Part shown: positions 9,377 to 16,309 of the stretch, one piece after another | Layout: each line of letters opens with the position of its first letter | How positions within the stretch are numbered: the first letter of the stretch is position 1 | IMG/VR virus record: IMGVR_UViG_3300034357_000413 | Span: 1 to 49,456 of that record | Length of the DNA stretch: 49,456 bases | Direction: 5' to 3' (one strand) | From: a virus | Taxonomy: Duplodnaviria; Caudoviricetes | Notes under the pieces: generated by a model | Seen by the model: the letters and a program-made list of their open reading frames with translations, nothing else | What the model was told of the DNA's origin: nothing | Database searches by the model: none | Made by a program: the position numbers and the translations under genes

Positions 9377-10080
9377 TGACAACAACGAACATTGGACCGT
9401 GTGGGTGCTGCGGTGGCACTAGGCTGGACTGCGAGGCGTATAGTGTCGAGGCTTATTGGAACGGCCTAACGCTGGCGATCACGCCAGTTACGCCGGGAGA
9501 TGGCACTACTGCTGTTTCGGGCAGCGGGTCATCGGGCAGCGGGTCATCGGGCAGCAACGGCAACGATGAGTACCGCCTGGGCATATTTAGGAAGGAGTAT
9601 TACGGTCGAGTTGCCTCCTGTTTTATCGGCGGTTGGGAGGGAGGTTGCATTCCGGTGCCTAACCTTGCGAATTTTCCTAGAGCGGCAGAATGTTTTTATT
9701 CATGCTCGTGCGTGGACTTGGACACTATCTCTAGCGGGTCATCGGGCAGCGGGTCATCGGGCAGCGGTTTTTCTGACTCCAGCGGGTTACCATGCGACGA
9801 CAATACGACAAGGTTTGAATACATTCTGACCGGACACTTCGTCACGGTGTATGAACCTGTTGATCAGAGTTGCGATGCTCATTATCGCGCGTGGGGATGT
9901 GGATTTCGGGGGCAGTTTTCCGTTTGGAAATACACATATGTGGTCGCTGGCGGCGAGGCTTCAGGGCAAGCCGACGTTGAAGAACTCTTGTATGCAGATG
10001 AATACGGAAACGGCGAATACTCTTTCATTCCGTGCAATGGGTACACACCTCCTACGCCTACCGTGACGATCTTTTTTTAA
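9376..10080 (+). CDS. Cys-rich tail-associated protein with two Ser/Gly tracts
   Basis: ATG overlaps the upstream TAA; begins MTTTNIGPCGCCGG; AT-richer codon usage than neighbours. Confidence 0.65.
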   Translation: MTTTNIGPCGCCGGTRLDCEAYSVEAYWNGLTLAITPVTPGDGTTAVSGSGSSGSGSSGSNGNDEYRLGIFRKEYYGRVASCFIGGWEGGCIPVPNLANFPRAAECFYSCSCVDLDTISSGSSGSGSSGSGFSDSSGLPCDDNTTRFEYILTGHFVTVYEPVDQSCDAHYRAWGCGFRGQFSVWKYTYVVAGGEASGQADVEELLYADEYGNGEYSFIPCNGYTPPTPTVTIFF

Positions 10081-10082
10081 CC

Positions 10083-10511
10083 ATGCGAATCAAGTTAGCG
10101 TCCTATCGCAGGCTGATAGTAGGCAGGCAGGCAGATGTTGAAACAGCGATGCGCGCCGTGACGCGCGACTACGGAGACGGCTGGGTCGAGGTTGATCACA
10201 GACATCCTGGCTACCCGCCCAGCAAAGTCACGGCCCAACCAACAGAATCACTGCCCCATCGCGACTCGGTTGGCTGGCTTGAGAAAGCCAAGAACTTCGC
10301 CATCGCATCTGCCCAGCACGTTGCGGCCGGGATGCCAACGTGCAGCGACGAAGAAATCATTCGACGACACGACATTTGTATGGGTTGCGAGTTCTTCAAC
10401 GACAACTCATGCGGCAAGTGCGGATGCCCAATTGCGCGGGAAAAGAAGTTTATCTCCAAACTCGCGTGGGCCGATCAGTCCTGTCCTGTTGGAAAGTGGG
10501 GACCGACGTGA
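10083..10511 (+). CDS. Small protein with a C-terminal Cys cluster (probable metal-binding domain)
   Basis: RHDICMGCEFF...CGKCGC...KLAWADQSCPVGKW; start moved to ATG 10083. Confidence 0.7.
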   Translation: MRIKLASYRRLIVGRQADVETAMRAVTRDYGDGWVEVDHRHPGYPPSKVTAQPTESLPHRDSVGWLEKAKNFAIASAQHVAAGMPTCSDEEIIRRHDICMGCEFFNDNSCGKCGCPIAREKKFISKLAWADQSCPVGKWGPT

Positions 10512-11770
10512 AAAAGTACGTCACAACGCTGAACACTGGCCGGAACGTACTTCACGAAAACGCGAGGGCGTCTCTTCGCGAGGCCGCAAGGAGATGGGGT
10601 GCCGACTACGTTGAGTTGCTGACGGTGCGGTCGCCGGAACCGAGGACGCCATACCACGAAAAGATTCATATCGACGAGCACTTCGGAGACAACTGCCGGG
10701 TACTGTATTATGACGGTGATGTTGTAGTTCGATCTGACTGCCCGTCGCCATTTGATATAGTCCCGCCGGGGCAGTTCGGCCTTGTTCGGAGCCACTACCC
10801 ATCGCACGCCGGGTCAACTCGCCACGTTGAGAGAATGATTCCAGGTTTTGCCTCGAAGCACGGCGTAACGCTCGACTGCAAGGAGGAGTACCCGAACACT
10901 GGAATGATCTTGTTCGACACTTCATCACACTGCTGCGTCTTTGCTGAAGCGAGGCGAATGCGAGATGAGTGCGGCTGGCAAGATGATTGGGCTTTGGCTG
11001 ACCAGGGGTTTCTCTCCGTCGCCGCCAAGAGGACGAACGCCGACATCTTCTGGATGCCTCCCATGCTTCAGTATGCCGGCCAGGACTTGTGGGCTGGATG
11101 GGAGCCGACAATGCACACCCTCGGCTATCACTTCTGCGGCCCGATAGACAAGTCGATAGCGATCCCCAGAACCGTCTGGGACGACCTCGGACCCGCGAGA
11201 TATACGCCGAGTGGAGTTCGGAGATGGGAGAACGGCAAGCCGTTTGGCCTGAATGGCTTCGATGAGGTTCCGTTCTTCATTCGAGAAGTGTCGAAAGTGA
11301 GGCGGGGGAGGATTGTCGAAGTCGGGTGCTACCTCGGAGGCTTCACTTGGTACGGTGCGCAAATAGCCAGGGACAACTACTCAACGTGGCAGTGCGTCGA
11401 TCACTGGGGCGGGTCGTCAGACCTTTCGTCCAATGACTGGGAGTCCGTCTACGCCGGGTTCCTAGAGAACATGCGTGAATCGCGTCTTGACAGATTCGTT
11501 GAAGTTCAGCGAACGACGAGTGTTGAGGCAGCCGCAAAGACGCCCGACGGGTCAATCGACTTGGTCTTCATCGACGGCGATCACTCTTACGATCAGTGCC
11601 GCAACGACATCGAAGCGTGGTTGCCGAAAGTGAAACACGGCGGCGTGATTCTGGGACACGACTACGGGCCGAATCACCCCGGCGTGATCCAGGCCGTGGG
11701 TGATGTTCTTGATGGGCCTGACGAGACAAGTCCAGGGTCGTTTGCGATATGGAAGAAGGTCATCAAATGA
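10508..11770 (+). CDS. GT-A glycosyltransferase (GT8-like) fused to a class I SAM methyltransferase (Methyltransf_24-like)
   Basis: YYDGDVVV (DxD), NTGMIL, DQGFL; then VEVGCYLGG, DLVFIDGDHSY, GGVILGHDY; GTG start overlaps the upstream stop. Confidence 0.8.
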   Translation: MKKYVTTLNTGRNVLHENARASLREAARRWGADYVELLTVRSPEPRTPYHEKIHIDEHFGDNCRVLYYDGDVVVRSDCPSPFDIVPPGQFGLVRSHYPSHAGSTRHVERMIPGFASKHGVTLDCKEEYPNTGMILFDTSSHCCVFAEARRMRDECGWQDDWALADQGFLSVAAKRTNADIFWMPPMLQYAGQDLWAGWEPTMHTLGYHFCGPIDKSIAIPRTVWDDLGPARYTPSGVRRWENGKPFGLNGFDEVPFFIREVSKVRRGRIVEVGCYLGGFTWYGAQIARDNYSTWQCVDHWGGSSDLSSNDWESVYAGFLENMRESRLDRFVEVQRTTSVEAAAKTPDGSIDLVFIDGDHSYDQCRNDIEAWLPKVKHGGVILGHDYGPNHPGVIQAVGDVLDGPDETSPGSFAIWKKVIK

Positions 11771-13086
11771 AAGACTTCTTTGACCGCGTTGTCGTGATTT
11801 CGCTGCGGCGACGAGCCGACAGGATGAGACGTTTCTCGGCGAGGGTTGCAGCCTGCGACTGGCCTTTTGCGGAGCCAAAGACATTTGACGCAGTCGACGG
11901 AAACGCCGTCCCATGCCCCAGCCAGTGGAAGTCCGGCGGCGGCGCTTACGGTTGCCAGCAATCACACCTGCGCGTCCTGCAAAACGCCCTGATGGACGGT
12001 GTCGAGAGGCTTCTTGTCATGGAGGACGATGCAGAGTTTCGCAGCACGTTCGGTGCCGATGCAGAGGCATTCGTAAAAAACGTCCCTGCCGACTGGGAGT
12101 GTCTTATGATCGGCGGGCAACACATGACCCCTGGCATTCCTGTGTCCGATGGCATTGTTCGCTGCAAGAACACTCAGCGAACCCACTGCTACGCGGTCAC
12201 TCGCGAAGGCATGGCGACTCTGGCGAAACTCTGGGCAGAGGGCGTGAACCACATCGATTGGGATATGGGGCCGTGCCTTGGGAAGCGAGGTAAGACATAC
12301 GCACCGTCATTGTTCTTGGCCGGGCAGGCTTCGTCGCAGAGCGACATCAGTGGCCGAAGAAACCCAACGCAGTTCTGGACGCCTCCTCGCGAGTCCCTGC
12401 CGCTCCTGTGGCTCCAGGCTCCACGCGACGTTGCCGAGCAAATGATGGAGTACGGATGCCACTACGGGGCAGACCTTGACAATGAAGGCAACGACGTTGG
12501 GTTAAATCGCGCCTTCCCTTCTCCCGGCGTTTACACCGGTGGAATAAAGAAGTTCATTGGACACGTCACCTGGGAGTGCGAGTCATTCGTCGATAAGCCT
12601 GGGATCGCTACGATCTGGCACCCTAACGCGACTGAAGCCTGTGCCGAATCGTTGCTGGCTGACTGCGCCCCTGCCGTGATCAAGGCAGATACTTTTGACC
12701 AGGCTAGCGAGATGGCGTCAGCACTTTTCCCCGAACTATTCTCGCTTCGGTCGACGCCGGCGAAACCGCCGATTCTGTTGCTGAAGACCCCTAGGAAGAT
12801 CGTCGAGTCGCTCCGAGATACGAGGCTCGTCCATACCGGAAACTGGCGCGACAAAGATACTGGCATAGATAACGGACTGGCGGCAATCATCGGCGAAGGA
12901 AAGACGTGCCTCCGAGCGTGGCATTCCGTTCTGGAAAGAGAGGCCAACTGGATGAACTCTGCCGTGGCCGTGTGGCATCCATCGGCGACCATAGAACTCG
13001 CCGCTACGGCAGGAAGGCGGGTTGTCGTTATAGAGGCCGAAGACTTTGAGCAGGCACGGCAGCAAGTAGAAGCTGCGATGCTATAA
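11767..13086 (+). CDS. Glycosyltransferase family 25-like protein with a duplicated C-terminal domain
   Basis: VVISLRRRADR, DAVDG, GCQQSH, LVMEDDA, THCYAV motifs. Confidence 0.8.
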   Translation: MKDFFDRVVVISLRRRADRMRRFSARVAACDWPFAEPKTFDAVDGNAVPCPSQWKSGGGAYGCQQSHLRVLQNALMDGVERLLVMEDDAEFRSTFGADAEAFVKNVPADWECLMIGGQHMTPGIPVSDGIVRCKNTQRTHCYAVTREGMATLAKLWAEGVNHIDWDMGPCLGKRGKTYAPSLFLAGQASSQSDISGRRNPTQFWTPPRESLPLLWLQAPRDVAEQMMEYGCHYGADLDNEGNDVGLNRAFPSPGVYTGGIKKFIGHVTWECESFVDKPGIATIWHPNATEACAESLLADCAPAVIKADTFDQASEMASALFPELFSLRSTPAKPPILLLKTPRKIVESLRDTRLVHTGNWRDKDTGIDNGLAAIIGEGKTCLRAWHSVLEREANWMNSAVAVWHPSATIELAATAGRRVVVIEAEDFEQARQQVEAAML

Positions 13087-13093
13087 AAAGACC

Positions 13094-13122
13094 TTGACTC
13101 CGAAACCCTACACAGCGACACT
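13094..13122 (+). promoter_or_regulatory. Sigma70-type promoter, probably giving a leaderless mRNA
   Basis: TTGACT-N17-GACACT, ATG 6 nt downstream, no SD. Confidence 0.5.
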
Positions 13123-13128
13123 ATCGGC

Positions 13129-13419
13129 ATGGCTGACGACCACCACTTCACCGTCGCCGGCGACCGATGGCTGCTCAGGTTCACTCGCCTGAAGGGGCGG
13201 GCCGCGGGATGGGCCTACCTCCCTGACCACAAGACCCCGCTGCTGCCTCGCAAGATTCTGGTCGACGATCGTCTCAAGAACAGGGCCAAGCTCGAAACGA
13301 TCATCCACGAGCTGATCCATGTCTGTTTCCCGACCAGCTCGGAGGAACACGTCACTTTGACGGCTCGCGACATCGCCAAGGTTCTCTGGATTCTGTCCTA
13401 CCGGCAATCGGAGGAGTGA
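13129..13419 (+). CDS. Small HExxH zinc-metallopeptidase-like protein
   Basis: ETIIHELIH motif followed by EE. Confidence 0.65.
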   Translation: MADDHHFTVAGDRWLLRFTRLKGRAAGWAYLPDHKTPLLPRKILVDDRLKNRAKLETIIHELIHVCFPTSSEEHVTLTARDIAKVLWILSYRQSEE

Positions 13420-13664
13420 TGGCAAAGGCGAGAAGCCTGATCGAGGAAGTCTCTGAGAACCTCCCCAGAGCCAAGGGGCTCCGGCCGTGGTACGAGACGC
13501 TCCCCGCAGACCTCCAGGGCGAGTGCGAGCAGATCAAGGCCGCATGGCGGGCCGGCAAGATGGGGACGAAGACCGGCCTAGCCTGGACTCTGTCCAGGTC
13601 GCTGAAGGCTCGTGGTGTTGAAATCGGCCACTATGGGATTATTCGTTGGCTCGAAAAAGCCTGA
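13419..13664 (+). CDS. Hypothetical protein, possibly DNA-binding
   Basis: GGAGGAG SD; 81-aa basic helical ORF coupled to its neighbours. Confidence 0.6.
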   Translation: MAKARSLIEEVSENLPRAKGLRPWYETLPADLQGECEQIKAAWRAGKMGTKTGLAWTLSRSLKARGVEIGHYGIIRWLEKA

Positions 13665-14830
13665 TCGCCGAAGTCGCTGCCAGCATCACGCCCCACAAGC
13701 CCGCCGCTGAGTCCGAACAGGTGACTCAGCGGCAGGACGGCGACGTGCTGGAGGCTCGCAGCACCTCTAAGCGAATCAAAACCGTCGCGGACCTCCTGGC
13801 TCATATCGAGGCAGACTTAGAGCGATATGAAGTCGCGGCCTCTGAAGCCACGAAATGGGAGTGCGCCACGGCCGGCGACGACGGCGAGCCGACGGTCACT
13901 GAACTCCACCGGGTGTTCGTTCGCCTCAAGCCCCGCGGAGGCCCGACCACCAGGGACGTCGTCCAGGCGATGATCGCCGCGGCCAGCCGCGATATCCGCC
14001 GGCCGGCAGCCAGGAGGCTGGCGAAGCCAAAGAAGCAGAAGGACGCCGGCCTGTGGCAAGTCCTAGTCATCGGCGACACGCACTTTGGAGCCTACTCCTG
14101 GGGGAAGACGACCGGCGGCAGCGACTATGACCTGGGGATCGCCGAGGCCCGAGTGGCCGACGTAGCCGAGCAGCTCATCCAGGAGGGCAATCGGTATTCG
14201 CCGGCTCGTCGAACCATTGCCCTCTTAGGTGACATCATCCATTTTGACACACCCTCCGGCACGACCACCAGCGGCACGCCCCTGGAACGAGACGGCCGGA
14301 TACAGAAGGTGATGAACGTCGCTTTCGACGTGATCGCCGGGGTTGTCGAGCGGTCGGCCCAGGACGTTCTCACCGACGTGATCACGGTCAATGGAAATCA
14401 CGATGAAGTGATGACCTGGGCGCTTCAGCGGGTGCTGGTCGAGCGCTTCCGCAATTCCAGAACTGCGAACGTCCGCGTGGAGTTCACCGGCCGGCAGTAC
14501 CTCTCCCACGGCAAGAACCTTCTGGGTTTCTGCCACGGCCACAAGGCAAAGCCGAAGCTCCCGCAGATCATGGCTCTTGAGCAGCCGCTCCTCTGGAGCG
14601 AGAGCACCTACCGCGAATGGCACACCGGCCACCTCCACCACCAGGCTGCCGCGGTCAACAAGCCTCTGGACACGCTTGGTGGAGTGATCGTCCGGACTGC
14701 CCCCACGGTCGCCCCGCCGGATGACTGGCATTCGGCCGGAGGGTTCATTGGCGCCCGGCAGTGCATGGAAACGTACATCTATCGTCCAGAGGGGGGCTTA
14801 TCGGCGATGCACGTCGCCGCGCCCAAATGA
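13646..14830 (+). CDS. Calcineurin-like metallophosphoesterase with an N-terminal extension
   Basis: GDTHFG, LGDIIH, GNHD, HGH, GHLHH motifs; TTG start uncertain. Confidence 0.85.
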   Translation: MARKSLIAEVAASITPHKPAAESEQVTQRQDGDVLEARSTSKRIKTVADLLAHIEADLERYEVAASEATKWECATAGDDGEPTVTELHRVFVRLKPRGGPTTRDVVQAMIAAASRDIRRPAARRLAKPKKQKDAGLWQVLVIGDTHFGAYSWGKTTGGSDYDLGIAEARVADVAEQLIQEGNRYSPARRTIALLGDIIHFDTPSGTTTSGTPLERDGRIQKVMNVAFDVIAGVVERSAQDVLTDVITVNGNHDEVMTWALQRVLVERFRNSRTANVRVEFTGRQYLSHGKNLLGFCHGHKAKPKLPQIMALEQPLLWSESTYREWHTGHLHHQAAAVNKPLDTLGGVIVRTAPTVAPPDDWHSAGGFIGARQCMETYIYRPEGGLSAMHVAAPK

Positions 14831-14846
14831 AGTCAGGAGCACTCAA

Positions 14847-15398
14847 ATGATCATTGGTATCTGCGGCCCCGCCGGGGCAGGGAAAACGACGGTGGCTGAA
14901 ATCCTCTGTGCCGACGGCGCGGGCGTCTCGATCCCGGTGGCCGACCCGCTCTACAAGGGGCTGGCGGCGATGTTTGGCCTGTCAGAGGCCGACCTGACCG
15001 ACCGCGAGACGAAGGAGCAGCCGATCGACTGGATCGGTCAGTCGCCTCGCAGGCTCCTCCAGACGCTGGGAACCGAGTGGGGCAGGGCGGTCGTGGGTGA
15101 GCGTATCTGGATCACGATCTGCCTGCGGCGGGCAGCCAGGAACCTCCAGGCGGGCTACCGGGTTGTGGTGGTCCCCGACGTCCGGTTTGAGAACGAGGCC
15201 CGCGCGATCCGCGAGGCCGGTGGGATCATCATCCGGGTCACCAGGCCGTCGGGGTGCGTGGCCGGCGAGGAAATGCGGCACTCGAGCGAGGGCGGCATCG
15301 AGGAGTCGCTGATCGACGTCACCGTCGATAACTCTGGCTCGATGGCCCATCTCAGGCGGGCGGTAAAGGCTACAATGGAAGAATACACGCCCGTGTAA
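14847..15398 (+). CDS. Deoxynucleoside monophosphate kinase (T4 gp1-like)
   Basis: MIIGICGPAGAGKTT P-loop, PRRLLQTLGTEWGR, DVRFENE, HSSE; start moved to ATG 14847. Confidence 0.88.
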   Translation: MIIGICGPAGAGKTTVAEILCADGAGVSIPVADPLYKGLAAMFGLSEADLTDRETKEQPIDWIGQSPRRLLQTLGTEWGRAVVGERIWITICLRRAARNLQAGYRVVVVPDVRFENEARAIREAGGIIIRVTRPSGCVAGEEMRHSSEGGIEESLIDVTVDNSGSMAHLRRAVKATMEEYTPV

Positions 15399-15448
15399 CA
15401 GCCTCGTGAGGGCGCGAAGCCCCGCAACGCACAGGGAGGTGCGTCACC

Positions 15449-15805
15449 ATGCCAGAGCAAAAGATTCGCCGGAAGTTCAAGGCCATCTCCGTCACGCTCT
15501 CGACGGCGACCGCCGCGGCCACGACCCTTCGATGGGACGACGTTGCCGGCGGCACCCTGGAGATGGGAACCGTCTCGACGGCGGCCACGACGATCCAGGT
15601 GTGGGCGTCCGAGTCGGAGTCCAGCTCATTCGGCCGACTTTATAACTCTGACGGCTCGTCTGCGGATATCACCCTGTCTCCGAGCACCAGTGAATCAAGG
15701 GTATACGCCCTTCCGGACGCTTGTTACGGGGCCGGAGCCCTCAAGCTGGTCGCCGGCTCGACGGCGGCTACGGCGGCGGTGTGCATCGTGACCATGAAGA
15801 CATGA
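15449..15805 (+). CDS. Small beta-rich protein, probably virion-associated
   Basis: GGAGGT SD; Thr/Ser/Ala-rich 118 aa; upstream of the fibre genes. Confidence 0.6.
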   Translation: MPEQKIRRKFKAISVTLSTATAAATTLRWDDVAGGTLEMGTVSTAATTIQVWASESESSSFGRLYNSDGSSADITLSPSTSESRVYALPDACYGAGALKLVAGSTAATAAVCIVTMKT

Positions 15806-16059
15806 GCGGAACAGACGTGTCCGAAACTCTGAAGACGATCCTGGAGCGGTGGGGATTTCCCACGCTTGTGGCGGTTTGCTGCCTGTATGTGATCAGGGTC
15901 GACATTTTGCTGCCGCTGGTGGACGAGCACAGGATGTTCGTCAAAAGCCTGAGCGAGACGCAGAAGGAAATCGCCGAGGCCGTTACCGAGCAGACCAAAC
16001 TCCTCTACGCCCTCCAGCCCAAGAATATGGAGAAGCCCAATGGCATGGCAGGACAGTGA
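15802..16059 (+). CDS. Single-TM membrane protein with a coiled-coil tail (holin-like candidate)
   Basis: WGFPTLVAVCCLYVI hydrophobic segment; ATGA overlap. Confidence 0.5.
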   Translation: MSGTDVSETLKTILERWGFPTLVAVCCLYVIRVDILLPLVDEHRMFVKSLSETQKEIAEAVTEQTKLLYALQPKNMEKPNGMAGQ

Positions 16060-16309
16060 CACAAGCGGCGGCAAGGTTCGCCTGAAGCACTCCCAGGTGG
16101 CGGCCGAGACAATCGGACCTAGCGGCTTGGTTCCCGGCGAGATCGCGATCAACGCCGCCGACGGGAAGATCGTCTACAAGGCCACCGACGGCACGGTGAA
16201 GGCGATCCCCGGCGGCCTTACCGCGACGGTCTACATCTACGATAACAACGGTGAACACATAATCACCATCGTAAACGGGATCATCACCAGTTGGTCTGCG
16301 CCGCAATGA
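16040..16309 (+). CDS. Small fibre-associated protein
   Basis: LVPGEIAINAADGKIVYK resembles the N-terminal anchor motif of many phage fibres. Confidence 0.55.
   Translation: MAWQDSDTSGGKVRLKHSQVAAETIGPSGLVPGEIAINAADGKIVYKATDGTVKAIPGGLTATVYIYDNNGEHIITIVNGIITSWSAPQ

Noticed and set aside
9038-9787. Diversity-generating retroelement TR/VR pair
   Set aside because: No reverse transcriptase in the window; the repeat is short, low-complexity and the single mismatch is not at an adenine
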